Shown here piece by piece: positions 1 to 14,494 of a DNA stretch of 64,000 nt. The notes under the pieces were generated by a model. That model did no database searches, was not told the origin of the DNA, and saw nothing but the letters and a program-made list of their open reading frames with translations. The stretch lies in contig NW_026782082.1 in NCBI RefSeq assembly GCF_031769215.1, positions 1,054,001 through 1,118,000 of the forward strand. Reading direction: 5' to 3'. The translations under genes and the position numbers were made by a program. Numbering within the stretch: position 1 is the stretch's first letter; each line of letters starts with the position of its first letter. This DNA is from Ylistrum balloti (lineage: Eukaryota).

Positions 1-696
1 CAAGGGGTGGATCATCAAGAATTGAGTATAAAAACTACCATTAAGATGGAAATATTTGAAAAGCTCTTGGTTTTGACAGAAAGTTTTGCTGGTGTGAAGT
101 TGATAGTTATAAATTTAAAAATAACAGAACACTCAAGACAAAAGTACAAAATACATACCTTCTTTGTTCAGAATTCGTTTAACAGTTTTTGCCATCAGTA
201 GCCTGACATGTGACTGACAAGATAATATTGTTGGAGAACTCTTAGCAGGGGAGGTAATTAGCTTGGGCTATCTTATTGCTGATGAATGAAATTACTAAGA
301 ATATTGTTTCGTTGGGCTTTGTTGTCAAATATGTGATCAACAAGAGTGTTCCCTACGATACCGCCACCTACACGTCAAAAATTGTAGTACCTGTCAATCA
401 AAGTATGGGAAACTTCGAATCAAGTGAAAGTGCATCAGATCCATTTAATGTATCGGAAAGGCTGTACAAAGGCTTCGGAGGGGTACAAGTTGACAGGGGG
501 CAGAAGTGTTTGATTAATTTCCTCAGCACTTTTAGCTTGTATGATAATGTCTATTGTAAACTCCTAGATTTTTATATTGTCTTTCTCTTACTTCTGGACA
601 GGTGTATCCACTCTTTTACAGGAAGGGTATTTTTCTCACAGAAGGCTTGAGATAGGGTAGGGGAAATGTTTCTTAACAGGAAGTACTAGTTCTCAC

Positions 697-750
697 GTGC
701 ATTTCATGTTCAGAGATCAAAGCTGTGCATTTCATGTTCAGAGATCAAAG
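697..750. repeat. 26-bp direct repeat x2, period 28 (GTGCATTTCATGTTCAGAGATCAAAG)
   Basis: Copies at 697 and 725. Confidence 0.85.
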
Positions 751-3700
751 ATGACTGTTATGGTTAAATCTATATCAAAATTGACTAAAATCAAATAAGA
801 AGTCTCCAGACCAAAGGTCAAGGTCATCAGGTGACATGTCGAGGTCGTATTATTAATGTCTTAGTGGCAGATAGTTTACATAGATATGATTAGAGATGTA
901 CATTCAGGTTGTTGTTAAAGGTCTATTAAACACATTCTGTTGTAAAGCAATAAACAGACATTCCGTATATTTATCCATTTATGGTAAAACTTTCATCCAT
1001 TTTCATAATTTTATCATCAAAATTTTGTATAGGATGTATAACGGTATGGCATTTGTAAGTCATAAAGTTTGTAATTGTCCAGTGATGATCTATTTTAGTT
1101 TTTAAATGATTTCTTTCAAACTTAAATGGCTTATTTACTTTGACATGAAATTATGTAATGCTTAATGGCAGTTTGATTTGTCTGTATTGTAAAGAGTTAC
1201 TGCCCCTTGTTCTTGTCTGTCAGTTTTCAAAAACTTTCTTTAAATCTTGGTAGACTTTAATTTATCATCAAATCTTACAGCACTGTTTTCCTTTTTGAAA
1301 TTTTGACTCATTCCCATATTTGTATTAATTTTATAAATCATGATAATTTATTTGGCTTAAGATTTACATACATTCCTCCTGACAGTAAGTGATTTGAACA
1401 TATTCTACCAACCAAAAAGTACAATTGGAGAAAAATGAGAGAAAGTGTAATTAAAGGTCAAGTTCAGCTTTTATTTGTTTGAAAGCTAAATGTTAAAGAG
1501 GGATTGTTTTGCCAAGTTTTAAATTCATTAGTTAGAATTAAATTTATCTTGGTCACACACGGTTTTGGAATGTTGTGTATGCAAGAGACAGTTATCTTCT
1601 CTTCTGATGTTTAAAATGACAAACTATTTCTAGAAATTGAGATCAGAAACTGCAATTCAATTAGGAAAACAGAAGACAAGATAATCAGCAGTAAGACAGG
1701 TTTTTTTTATATGTTCAGAAAAAATTGAAACCATGGGAGAATTCTTGTAATCAAGATGGCAGGTGTTTTTGGCCTAATTAAAATGTAAAATTTGAGGTCA
1801 GTTGTAAATTAAGACATGCACTGAAGTGACGCAGCATCTTAAGTGAAAGCTAACGTGACAGAGTGTGAAAGTTATCTTTATAGTTAATGGTGCGCAGAAT
1901 CTTAGATCTACGGGGACGAGAGGCTGGAACGTTGGGGTAAACTCAGGTTTGTGAGAGAATTCTCTAAAATAAAACAATGTGTAATTGACTATTTAATTAG
2001 GACAAGTGGACAGGTGGCATATTAAATGTTAGAAACAGTAAGAAAATGCTTTATATGGGTTCAAATTTTCTCCCAAACTCCGTAACAAGCCAGTGCAATG
2101 AAAATCATTCTGATCTCATCATCATAATTGATATATTTATGTATATCTTCGGTCCAGAATATTGTTTTTTTGTCCGAATATATAAATTTAAAATGAAAAA
2201 AAAATATGAGAAACTTTCTTTTTGCTTTTAACTCTTACAGTGCAAAATCTACGAAAGAAAAATAAAAACTTGTAAATTTTTTTTTATTTCCAAACAAAAT
2301 CTATTTATAGATTTACAGGAAAATTTTGATAAATGGGAAAGATTTGCTGTAGTGTATGATTGGCAAACGATTCTTTATGAAACAATCAATTCAGATTTAA
2401 CTGTACTAATGTAGCTATAGATAAGAAATGTAAAGGAATCAGTTTGTAAACTAGATACATTTCTTATAAAGTGATAAAAATAGGTTGTTAGTGTTTATTG
2501 AAGCTGTCTGTTAAAGTACACCGACAGTTATCAAAGCATGATTTTCATTATATTTTTGAATATTCTTCATTTGTTTGCACCATGTAACTCTTTTGTATAA
2601 AAGGTGTAATGTATATGTAAAGTAGCATTTGTCCTTAAGTTGTGCAGACTGTGTAAGTGAAATGTGAAAACCCTTTAAAACAGGGCTGCATTAATATACT
2701 TTGGAGAGAGAAGTGGTATCTATATGAATGAGGTGAGATGAATTCTCAAGTTGTAGGGCCTGATCTGGTGTATCATTAGGTAGATAGGAGGCTGAAGCAC
2801 CATCACGGGCCAGAGGTGTTCACTGGCATGGAAACATAGCTGCTCTAGCGCATTTTAAGGCAATTAAAAATCTGACCTTTTTTAATTGGTTTGAACTTTA
2901 ACATTTATAGCTGGAATAGAATTTAAGTCAATATTTTTGTACATTTTACCAATAGTTTCACTTACAAGTAAAATTGGTTAAATTTTAAAATATATATATA
3001 TATGTATATATATAAAATAATAACTATAATTCCAATCAGAACAGAATTTTGTGATGTGTGGAATTAGTTTTTAAAGTGGCAGGTGCTCCTTTACCTCAGT
3101 CAGAATGTCAGTGTGGGGTTTGAAGTCTGGGGTTCAGCTCCAGGTCTGATAGTTAATCCATCAGATTGTTAAATTTGCCTGTATTTTGTTGGTCCTTTAA
3201 CAATTCCTGTGGTCATTATGTCTTGGACACTGAAAAAATGGATCTCTCTCAAATTTCTTTGCAACACTTCTCCTTGGTCCCAAATCGTACGTTATCAATT
3301 TTCAGACTGATCAGGAAAATAAATCTGATGGTGACTAGGTGTTAACCCTGGAATTTGGTAATTAAAGTTTGTTGTGACTTTTTCTCTGAATGAAGTATTT
3401 CTCAGAAAGTCCTCGATGGATCTTACATAAGTAATACTTAGACTGGGCAGAAATGGCAGCCATTTTGGATCTTGACATTTGATTTTTTTTTTTAATTACT
3501 TCTCTTGATGAGTTGATTGATATTTCTCAGATGAAGATTCCCTTTGGTCCGTCATATTGAACTTGAACATTGATTGGACAGCTACTGGCCAAAAGGGCAC
3601 CTTATAGATTTAGACATTTGAAGATAACTTCAACTTTCTTTCAAGTCCCACTGGAAGATTATGTCTGAAATATTTACTGTTATTTTCATTATGGTATATT

Positions 3701-5359
3701 CATACCAATGTTTTAGACAGATTGACAAGATGGCTGACACAGAAGCCATCTTTTAACTCTGATATTCAGATATTATACATTTACGATAAAATACAGTAAT
3801 AGCCACTAAACTGAAGTCAAGAGATTTTTGGTACAAAATGCCATTTAAAGAAATTTTTTTTCCGATGATTTGTAAGAAGTGAGATCAACATTTTCAGTTT
3901 TGAAATTCAGTTTTGCTTCAGGAAATGTCTACGGACTGTATTTAAGATTCATGCAGACATGAACTGATTATGTAATATATGTGTCATGATCTGTGTTCAG
4001 GAAGTACTTGAGGGATGTTTATAAAATTTCATTAGTTTCCCTTATTCTTATTGAACAATAAAATGAAGTAAGAAAATTTCGAATGGATCAAATTTGTTTT
4101 TAGCTTTTAAGAAGTTATAAATGGTAGGCACCACAGTCTGTCTGGAATCTCTTTCTTTTCTTTAATCCTTTGAATCTGCTTGATAAAAATTGACCTGAGC
4201 TACTTATTACGCCTCTTCAGGATGATAAAACTATGAACTTCATTTCAAAATATTCAAAATAAAAGAAACCACAGTTCTAAGTAGGTCATAGATACTTGAT
4301 ATATTCTTGAGGTCCAGCGAGGCATAACCTTGAATTAGCCCCCGTCCCGTTATTAGCTCACTGTTTGACTCGAAACAGACTGGCCCCTCAAACAGGTCAC
4401 CTATCATTTGTTTTTTAATAAGTCATCTCTTGAGAATTCACCAACTTCACCGTTCAAAACTCCTTTAGACGCCATTTCTGGATGACATGGTTCAAATTTC
4501 AAAGCAAATGAACATTTGCAGGGATGTATTTTAACACTGAAGTAGGTTGTAAGTAATTTATTTTAAATTAAAAACCATTAGGAAGTAATAAGATTCAAAG
4601 TGAAGCTGTCTGTTTGTTACCACCGTACATTCTTGCATGGAATCAATGTATCGTAGTCGTGGCATCGCTTTTGGACTATTGACAAATTAAAGGTGAAAGT
4701 TGTTGGGGTTTTTTTTAACCTGCTCTGTGTTTTTATTGTATGGTTATTTATATATTTAATGTGTGTGACTTTGGTTTTGTTTTTATTACAAAAATATCAA
4801 CCTTTGTCAACTTAAGGTAATGTAAATATAAACTAAATGTATTTTAAAGCTGTTATGACATAAACTAGTTGCTTCTATTAATCTCTCTTGTTGTCCAGAT
4901 TGAACCCTTGTCACAAAAACTTAGTCATGATGAGTGTAATGAATCAAAGACACGGAGGTGGTCCTCGATCAAAGATGTAGATATCTAGCTAATGTGAAGG
5001 TATATGTTCTATTGTTTGATAGAAGAAGTTTTGGAGTAAAATATTTCAGGATTTCTTATGACACTAGTAGACAAGGCTCTTTACATTTGTTATAGGTAAT
5101 GTTTTAATCCTGTAGTAAACTTTATTACCACACCAGAAAAAAATGTAGAAGGATATTTTATGGAATAGAGTTACCTCCCTTGGCAAAAGCATCATAAGAC
5201 CAATGACGATAAAGTAGTGAAAGTTAGGTAGAAATCACCTCTACAGTTTGTCCTGTGTTAGAGTTTGCATGTCTATCTACCTGTCATGTTCTGTTTGGAA
5301 TCAATGCCATCTTTGCATTCACCCCATAGTATTATTACATCAAGTTCTACACCTAGTCA

Positions 5360-5470
5360 TATTTTGGTGGTCATAGGTCAAGGTGTCAAAGTTCATGTTA
5401 TATTATGGTGGTTATAGGTCAAGGTGTCAAAGTTCATATTATATTATGGTGGTCATAGGTCAAAGTTCAC
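5360..5470. repeat. 41-bp tandem repeat x~2.5 (GGTGGTCATAGGTCAAGGTGTCAAAGTTCAT...)
   Basis: GGTGG at 5366, 5407, 5448. Confidence 0.8.
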
Positions 5471-7960
5471 ATTTATTGATTTTATTCAACTCATGGAAGT
5501 GTTCAGCATTCATATTTTACAAGCATTTCCCAGTTTGAAAAAAAAAAAATCATTATTATCTGTTTGTTTCGAATATTTTCATTTCAATCAGATGTAAAAT
5601 TTCGTAAAAGTTTCAAATACATATAACCATTTGATAACTTTTTTCTTGATACATGTGCCTATCAAAGAAGGTCAAAAATATCTATGTTGACCTTTGACCT
5701 CAATCCTACCACCATTCTCTTCATTGTGCTGTCAGCGAATGGTTCCCCACTTAAAATCAAAGGTTTCACATGCACATCACATACTTCTGTGAATGCTTCC
5801 CAATTGTTGTAAGGAGCAAACATATTTGTAAAGACGATCATTTTGAGCTGTGTAAGTGTTTTAACTGTAGTTCTGACCAGCTGTTATACACAGTGTAATG
5901 ATTTTTGAAGCTCCTGCCGTTTCAGCTGGAGTATTCTGTACCAGTTTGGTATCCTTGGTCGAGTGATCAAAGACTTAAGACTTAACCTTATGAATGACCG
6001 CCAGAAAATCACGGAAAACTTCAAACAATACCGTACCTCTTCCAACTCTGTCTACAGCAGTCATAATTCTTTATTTTCATAAGTGACCATTTCTATTTTC
6101 ACTTTCCTTACCCAAGTCTTTTCTCATTTATAGAATTTATGGGAAAAATTACAGATGTATTTGCAGTCTTTATTTAACATCGGTATGTCAGAGTGACTTC
6201 ATGTCTGAGAAAGTTGTGTTGATTCAGACCTACATACAGAGGAAGATCACAGGTGTGTGATTTGATGGTCCTTACCGTAGATTTTCTCAAGAAGCTGACT
6301 GGTCTTTGCAATCTTGGTTGTGTCCTTGGCAAAACACTTCACCCCCAGTTGCTCTAGATTACATGAGATGGGCCTCTCACCTTTTGTTCAGTCAGGTAGT
6401 CACCAGCTACTTAAAGCAGTCCCTACTTCAAAATTACACTGCTTGTTAATGGGGCAAATACTTCTTAGTACAACTTCAAGATATCATAATTTCTTAAATC
6501 TTATTGAAAATATTTTTTCAAAAACACACACAAAAAAACATTAAACATTGACCTACCTCTTTATCCAAAATATTTTAATATACAGATGGAGAAACACTAG
6601 AATAGATTTGTTGGACTTAGGCTGTTCTTGTCAAGCTGTTGTAGTTAAATCATATACAAATCACATTGATTGTTGGGTTGATGCCAATTTCCTGATTATC
6701 AATTAATATTTAATCTATAATCTCAAAATGATAAATTATAGATCTCAAGGTCATTGTTTAGGTCACCACAAGGTCATAAATCTCAAGGTCATCATCTATA
6801 TTATTTATAACACAGTTTTGACCATGGATACCAATTAGAAGTTTCTACTATAGTACAGTAAACCTCTACTAGATACATTAGATGATAGATTGATGGCAAG
6901 TGTCACTGAGGGACTCCCCTGCCCTGACCCCTAATGGATGGAGATGGAGCATGAAGGGATTCTGTTGGTGTCAGAACACATACGCCCATCCACCTCACTT
7001 CACTAAGGAAAAGGGATTCTAGCCAGGAGATATGAAAAGATCACTCAGAAATTTGTTCAACTTTAATGTTTCTTCTTTAGCTGCCTCTTTATTGAAAGTT
7101 TGTAAGTACCCTACCAGAAATTCTTACTTCTCTGTCGGGGGTGGGGGGGGGACAAAGATTTACAATTGAGTTTCATGGCCTTTTGTTGGTGGAAAAGACC
7201 CTATCTGAGTTTCTTGTCCCTTATTTTAGGAGAAGATTTACACCCTATCTGACTTTCTTGGCCCTTTGTCGAAAGAAGGAGGTCACCATATTTATATTTC
7301 ATGCCAGTTAAATGAGGAAGGGGATTTCTGACAAAAGCCTACAACTCATGAGGTCTTGTGTGATCAGTATTTCACAAATACAGGTTTAATAGCAAGATGG
7401 CGGAAATAATTTGGGATAACGTAAATAATCTGGAGGCTCTGTGACAAATCATAAACGTATAGGCTGATTTACACTTGTAAAACTCCTTCTACTTCATTAG
7501 GTTGAGCTTCCAGTAATCAAGCAGACATATTTCTGGAGCTGGATTTTTTTTCAAAGAATTTTGTGTATTTTATGCATAATTTGTCTTCTGTGTCACTCAA
7601 TTAGAAGTTCTACCGAAACTGTTTCACCTTTCTCAATGGTATTTAGAATCATTTAACTGGATGCCAGCTGAGGTTGCCAAGGGCAGGAGGCCAAATCCAC
7701 GGCTTCTATTTAAACCATTTGAAAAAAAAGATCGCAGGTGAAGTTCAGTTTTTTTTTCTGTTCTTAATTATTACGGATCGGCAAAAAAGAAGTATTTTGC
7801 TCATTCTCAGAATTCAAAGGTTGCCACAAGTTTTTTTGACACGCTGGGATTTTGGAGGCTTTAAACAAGATGTACTAAGTCAGGTTAAAGCAAGTCACAA
7901 CAATTTGTCAAAATTAGCAGTTATATGGTGATCCTAATCATATAGAGTCTTTATGTAATC

Positions 7961-8786
7961 CTGGTCAGGGAAAGTCTTGTCATCTTTATATACTCTTTGT
8001 CAGGGAAAGTCTTGTCATCTTTATATACTCTTGGTCAGGGAAAATCTTGTCATCTTTATATACTTTTGGTCAGGGAAAGTCTTGTCATCTTTATATACTC
8101 TTGGTCAGGGAAAGTCTTGTCATCTTTATATACTCTTTGTCAGGGAAAGTCTTGTCATCTTTATATACTCTTGGTCAGGGAAAATCTTGTCATCTTTATA
8201 TACTTTTGGTCAGGGAAAATCTTGTCATCTTTATATACTCTTGGTCAGGGAAAGTCTTGTCATCTTTATATACTCTTTGTCAGGGAAAGTCTTGTCATCT
8301 TTATATACTCTTGGTCAGGGAAAGTCTTGTCATCTTTATATACTCTTGGTCAGGGAAAGTCTTGTCATCTTTATATACTCTTGGTCAGGGAAAATCTTGT
8401 CATCTTTATATACTCTTGGTCAGGGAAAGTCTTGTCATCTTTATATACTCTTGGTCAGGGAAAGTCTTGTCATCTTTATATACTTTTGGTCAGGGAAAAT
8501 CTTGTCATCTTTATATACTCTTGGTCAGGGAAAGTCTTGTCATCTTTATATACTCTTGGTCAGGGAAAGTCTTGTCATCTTTATATACTCTTGGTCAGGG
8601 AAAGTCTTGTCATCTTTATATACTCTTGGTCAGGGGAAGCTGTCATCTTTATATACTCTTGGTCAGGGAAAGTCTTGTCATCTTTATATACTCTTGGTCA
8701 GGGAAAGTCTTGTCATCTTTATATACTCTTGGTCAAAGGTAGTCTTTTTATTTTTGATGCTTCATGTCAGAGAAAGTCTTGTCACC
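7961..8786. repeat. 35-bp minisatellite, ~23 copies (ATATACTCTTGGTCAGGGAAAGTCTTGTCATCTTT)
   Basis: Highly homogeneous units; produces three overlapping periodic ORFs. Confidence 0.97.
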
Positions 8787-9439
8787 TGATCATATTGTTT
8801 CCAACACTTCATACTTCTCACTGAATTGAAAAAAATTAATGTCATTTTATATCACCCGATTCACCGACTTGGATTTCACAACTACTCAGGGGTGTATGAT
8901 TATGATCAACATCAACTGGATCAGCAGGTTGAAAAAGCCTGTCAATTTTTGTCAAAATGTCTGAGGAACTAAATCAAAGCTTGGTCCACGTTCTTTCAAT
9001 TTTCTTCAAGGCAAAGAGTAGATTTTTTTGTTTCTCATTGTTCATTGGTAATTGGTTCATCTTTGCAAGAATTTAACGTCGACTGCCAAATTTTGAAGTC
9101 AATCTGGGAAAAATAAAGTTACAATTGGCTACCTATGGTGAGGGTTCTGTAACCTATTAGAAAAGGTCAGTTACCTGGGAGAGTGAAAAAAATCGTGCGG
9201 AGTTGGCATAACACACAGCTATTTATGTGGTACAGTGGCACTAGAGAAAAGAGTCAGATCTACTTGGTCATAATATTTTTCTGACATTGCCTTTTTCGCA
9301 TGCCATTAAAAATTAAAAAGTTAAATTGAAATTATTTACAAAAATGATCATGAAATGAGAATTTTTTCTCTTTGGAACTTTTTGTTTGTGTAGATGCTGT
9401 TAAATATTTTTGTCTTTATGTTACAGTTGAAACTGTGGT

Positions 9440-9990
9440 ATATTTTGACTTTGTGTGTAGATCCTGTAATCTTTTTGTCTGTTGTGTGTAGATCCTGTAA
9501 TCTTTTTGTCTTTGTATAAAGATGCTGTAATTTTTTTTGCCTTTTTGTGTAGATGCTGTGATCTTTGTCTTTATTTGAAGCTGCTGTGATTTTTCTGTTT
9601 GTGTGTAGATCCTGTGATTTTTCTGTTTGTGTGTAGATCCTGGGATTTTTCTGTTTGTCTGCAGATTCTGGGATTTTTCTGTTTGTGTGTAGATCCTGGG
9701 ATTTTTCTGTTTGTGTGTAGATCCTGGGATTTTTCTGTTTGTGTGTAGATGCTGTGACCTTTTCGTACTTGTGTATTTGTACTGTGATATATTTTTCTGT
9801 TTGTGTGTAGATCCTAGGATTTTTCTGTTTATGTGTAGACCTGTAATCTGTTTGTCTTTGTATGAAGATGCTGTGACCTTTGTCTTTGTATGACACTGTT
9901 GTGATTTTTCTGTTTGTCTGTAGATGCTGTGACCTTTTTGTACTTGTGTATTTGTACTGTGGTCTATTGTTCTGTGTTGATTCTGTGTAT
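9440..9990. repeat. Degenerate 28-bp minisatellite (GATTTTTCTGTTTGTGTGTAGATCCTGG)
   Basis: Period 28 at 9673/9701/9729; more divergent at the edges. Confidence 0.9.
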
Positions 9991-12030
9991 GAGTTGTTTG
10001 TAAATATATTTTTCATTTTCTCTCTCCTTTTTTTCAAGAATCAAATACCACAACATTTCATTTTCAATAGAAAAAACCTAATCTAATAAATGAATATATC
10101 TTCCTGATGAGGGAGAAAATTGAATTTAACTTAAAAAATCAGTGATGTAGCCACAGATCTCTGTACATAAGGCTGAGTGTAATCAAAATAGGGATATTAA
10201 AATTTTGAATTAATTAAGATGTTGAGTCAGTTGCGACCAGATGGGGCTAAGTTCAGATCTGGTCGGAAAACATGTTGAGATGTCTGTGGGGTTGCCAGCA
10301 GTGTGGCCATGGGGTCCCACTGAGCCCAGATCTTCTAAGATGAAGTCCCATGAGGTGTTGTAACCTGTACACCCCATTAACTTTAATAAACCATTTCACT
10401 TAAAAACATTGGTCAGTCCATTCCAAAAAAATAGGGTGAACATTTTCCCCCCTCAAATTTATGTTATTGCTTTGTTTAAAAATAAAGCAGTTTTGCACCA
10501 ACTTTTATTGAAAACCTTTTTGATAACCAAATTTTAAATAAGAATAGGAAGTAGATATTGGGCTATTTTGATGCACATGGATTTGATAATTAAATGAGTA
10601 TAGTAGGAACTAGTGTGAGGTGTAGGTACCTACTTTGTACCTGGGTGACTTTCTACTGATAATACAAGTTGTTATTCATACTGATGTAATCAGACTCACA
10701 ATATTTTCAAAAACTCTATGACTCTATGGCAGGCAAATGATTTCAATTTTTCTTTTGTTTATAAAGATGTAGGCGTAAATAAAAACGGTTTCCAAGGATA
10801 ACAAATTAGGCTGGATTTAAGTAAGCCTAAAATTACAGACGGGAGGAGGGTAGATCTGTTACAATAATTGGTGGAGTTACCACAGGAGTTAAACAGCTGT
10901 TCCAGACCAGTAACACAAGGTGGGGGCCTGTGAATTAAAAAAATAAAACCGTGGTGAACATTTAACATCAAGGATGGATTTCTAGCAAATATGTGGCTGT
11001 TGGGCATTTAACTTTTTTAGAAATATTTTCAAGAGTGTTTTCAGTAAAAAAACAAAAAAAAATTTTTCTGATCAATTTTTGGAAAATTTTATTATGTGAT
11101 CAAAAATGGATTTTTGAAGAAAAAAAAATGTGTCCACAGAATTCTTATCTTCAATACTTCATCAGTATCTTGTCACCTGTGTTCGTAGTGGAAAGAAACC
11201 TTAATGAAAACCATTTTCTGCCTTGACCAATGTCCATAATCAGCATTTAGAGGATATTAAAAGGTGATGTTCAGAAATGACTTCAACACTTGTCCTCAGC
11301 TTGCCCCCATCCCCACCTACACCTATCCCCACCTACACCAAGTGTTGGTGGCCCCCTAATACCCCCTAATACTCCCTTGTACCTTACACTGTATTCATTT
11401 CAGATTTTGATGCACCATTAAATTAACATCAAACAGACACAGGCTTAAACTTAAAAAAAATAAATAGCACAAGAGGTTAAGACAGCAGCTGCAAACATCC
11501 AAAGTGGCACTTCAAATTTGTGGACAAGGGGAGGTAATACAAAAGTCTTTCCTTACAACGAGATCAAGTCATACTTGGAGACTAACAGCTGAGTTTTGAA
11601 TTTATTTCATGCATATTATTTTTCTTAGTATTTCAATTTGTTTATTAAAGAGCACCTAAAGTAGGTTATTTCAAGTATTAATTTGTCTTTAGAAGGTCTG
11701 AAATTTTTTTTTTTTTTTGGCTGCATAGAATTTTAAATGGTACATATGTATGTAATGGAAATTCTAGAAGCGTGATGAAAAGTATACATTTTAAGGGGTA
11801 TTAACAACCTGCAGGGATGTGTCTCTGGAGGTCAGATGATTGCAGAATGTTTGACAGAGTTATCCCTCTTAGTAGTTTTATCATTTGGTGCTAATTGGTC
11901 ATATACTGTAAATATATATAGATTATCAATTTTCACTTGGAAGGTGCTACATCATAGTGGAGCAAAGTTTCTGAACACTTTTTTTTTGTGAATGTGAAAA
12001 TTTGTCCTGACTGTTTGCTAAAATGTTACT

Positions 12031-12130
12031 ATACTTTGTGACAAACCCTTTGACTATACTTTGTGACAAACCCTGTGACTCTACTTTGTGACAAACCCTG
12101 CGACTCTGCTTTGTGATAAACCCTGTGATT
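12031..12130. repeat. 25-bp tandem repeat x4 (TACTTTGTGACAAACCCTGTGACTC)
   Basis: Four visible units. Confidence 0.85.
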
Positions 12131-12426
12131 CAAGACTTACGGATTTACCCTGAAACTAGACAAACACAAGGTTTACCTTGGTGCTCAGCACTTTTGTATT
12201 TTACTCATGACAGGTGATCGAAAATATTTGAATGTTTACTTTTAGAGAAAAATGTATGCCTTCTGTTGAGATAAGACGCTGTGTTGGATTCTTTTCTCTT
12301 GGACTGGAATAGTTTACATCCATTTTTCTGTTCAAATCAACCATAATGATAACAAATGCTTATGTGTTATCAAAATTGTGTGCATTTTGGATGTTTTAAA
12401 TCTAGTTGCCATGGTAACTAATTCTA

Positions 12427-12545
12427 CCATCTATCAGTGGAACTCTCTAGAACATAAGGTTTTAAAATACCAAAGATAATAAGTGGATTGCTAAGTGATG
12501 AATGGTTTCCAAATGTTGACCATTGAAATTTCCACTGATAGGTGG
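12427..12545. mobile_element. Small inverted-repeat element (MITE-like, CAGTGGAA...TTCCACTG)
   Basis: CCATCTATCAGTGGAA (12427-12442) and TTCCACTGATAGGTGG (12530-12545): 15/16 inverted match; no clean TA duplication. Confidence 0.4.
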
Positions 12546-13089
12546 TCAGTTTGAATGACCTGGTCAGTTTTATCTGTTCTGTGAAGTGAATGGGTGAGAT
12601 TCTGGTCATTTATAACTTTTAAATACTGTCCGTTGATGGAGGTCTGCCATTAAAAGTATAAAGGGGGGATAAAGCTGTCAGAATGTATCAACTTTCGTTA
12701 TAAAAGAAAGAAATGTTTTCTGTTGTGATAAGAGCTCTAGAATTTAAAGGAATAAAAACAAAGTAGTGATTTTTATTGATCTAAGCATTGATTTCAGATT
12801 CTAAATAAATTTTTCATCAAATCTTTTGAATGAATTTATCAATAGATTTCCACCTCTCATATATGTATTATAAACATTTATGACACTAATTTTGTATAAA
12901 TAAATTATTTATTTATTCCACCATCATCAGATGTGAGCATTTCATTTACTCATTCATCCTTCTTTCAGTCCATCCTTCGAAATTCATGTTGTTATTTCTA
13001 GAGAAGTACAAGAAGGATCATTTCCAAACTTAAGAAGTAGGTTCCCAGTATTACTTCAATATACCAATTTTGGGGATGATAGGAAAATT

Positions 13090-13360
13090 CAAAATGGCTG
13101 ACATGAGGACATCTTGCTTGTGGATAATGGATATTTCTCAAATTTCATATGTACCATAGTTCCCCTTGGTCCGTAGTTATGCCCTTTTGATTTTGTAACT
13201 GATGTTTAAAAAAAGTGGCTGACAGGGGCCATCTTGGATTTTGACTTGAGAAATTTGAAATTACCTATTTTTATAAGGTTCCCATTTGTCTTTTGATGTG
13301 ACCTTTTGAATTTGGGACTGATCAGAGAAACAAAATGGCAGACAACCATGTTGGATTTCA
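13090..13360. mobile_element. Decayed repeat core with three AAAATGGCTGAC...CCATCTTGG(ATTT) motifs, probably an old HINE-type array
   Basis: Motif copies near 13092, 13215, 13332; similar motifs at ~3450 and ~3727. Confidence 0.4.
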
Positions 13361-13685
13361 CAGTTAAAGATCAATGTCAATATTTCTTCAGTGAAATTTC
13401 CTAATTTCACTCACAGGAAAGAAGAGAAAAGAAGGAAAAATATCCAACTTTTAAAGAACAAAGAAAGATAGAAAAATTGTGGAAGTTAAGATCCCTTGAT
13501 TTTTGTATCATTAATATTTTATTGTGAAGAACAAAAGTTGTCTTACCTTTTAATTGATACGGATGTTTAGCTACCAGGAGTTAAAAACAAGATATGATAG
13601 TCATGTTTCTCTTGGTCTGGTTCATGGAATTATTCTCTGTAATTTATGTGTAGAAGTATTGTAATATCCTGTTACAATGTTTTAG

Positions 13686-13887
13686 GGAGGGGATGCTGCT
13701 AGTTTCTCTGCTGGAGCTCCGCCTGCACCCTCAGGAGGGCCACCAGCTCCACCTCCACCCGGCCCCCCACCACCACCCCCTCCACCAGCAGTTGAACCCT
13801 CATCTGGATCAGCACCAGAAAGTTCTGGAGAAGATGGAAGGTCACAGCTTTTTGCATCCATTAACCAGGGCACAGATATCACCAAAG
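13686..13887 (+). CDS. CAP1: CAP internal exon: proline-rich P1 region and start of WH2 domain (GGDAASFSAGAPPAPSGGPPAPPPPGPPPPPPPPAVEP...GRSQLFASINQGTDITK)
   Basis: TTTAG acceptor ends 13685; donor G|GTAGGT at 13888; 202 nt, phase 0 to 1. Poly-proline plus 'LFASINQGTDIT' is typical of CAP/Srv2. Missed by the ORF track because it has no start codon. Single invertebrate CAP1/CAP2 orthologue assumed. Confidence 0.95.
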
Positions 13888-13920
13888 GTAGGTTGTGTGA
13901 TAGATCATAACTGTTATGGT

Positions 13921-14455
13921 ACAAAATGTCATGTAATAGTACACAATGTCATGTAATAGTACACAATATCATGTAATGGTACACAATGTCATGTGATGGT
14001 ACCCCAGTCATGTGATGATACCCTAGGTCATGTGATGGTACACAATGTCAAGTGTTGTCTCCAGTCGTGTGATGATACCCTAGGTCATGTGATGGTACAC
14101 AATGTCATGTGATGATACACAACATCATCTGATGATACCGTAGGTCATGTGATGGTACACAATGTCAAGTATTGTCTCCAGTCGTGTGATGATACTGTAG
14201 GTCATGTGATAGTACACAATGTCATGTTATGATACACAACATCATGTGATGATAACGTAGGTCATGTGATGTTCACAATGTCATGTGATGGTACACAATG
14301 TCAAGTGTTGTCTCCAGTCGTGTAATGATACCCTAGGTCATGTGATCGTACACAATGTCATGTGATGATACACAACATCATGTGATGGTGTACATGGTCA
14401 TGTGACGGTGTACATGGTCATGTAGTGATATGATGATACCCTAGGTCATGTGGTG
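13921..14455. repeat. Degenerate ~20-21-bp minisatellite (ATGTCATGTGATGGTACACA) filling most of a CAP intron
   Basis: Variants (TACCCTAGG, AAGTGTTGTCTCCAGTC) recur in longer blocks. Confidence 0.9.
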
Positions 14456-14494
14456 ATATGTTCCAATCATACATGTGTTTGACTTTCGTTTCAG

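Noticed and set aside
1-650. ORFs 7-201 and 276-650 as upstream CAP exons or a nested gene
   Set aside because: No CAP N-terminal motifs in any frame; the opposite strand has many stops. Possibly a decayed transposon, but no family could be named.
6890-7020. Faint RGVRQGxPLS-like LINE reverse-transcriptase motif on -
   Set aside because: Needs several frameshifts to read and has no supporting flanking motifs.
7977-8824. Three long + ORFs (231-275 aa)
   Set aside because: Translation of the 35-bp minisatellite; periodic peptide in all three frames, no splice context.
9348-10086. 229-aa - ORF and short + ORFs
   Set aside because: Artefact of the 28-bp TG-rich repeat.
13682-13956. Listed ORFs 13682-13924 (-) and 13693-13956 (+)
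   Set aside because: Antisense and off-frame shadows of the real CAP proline-rich exon.
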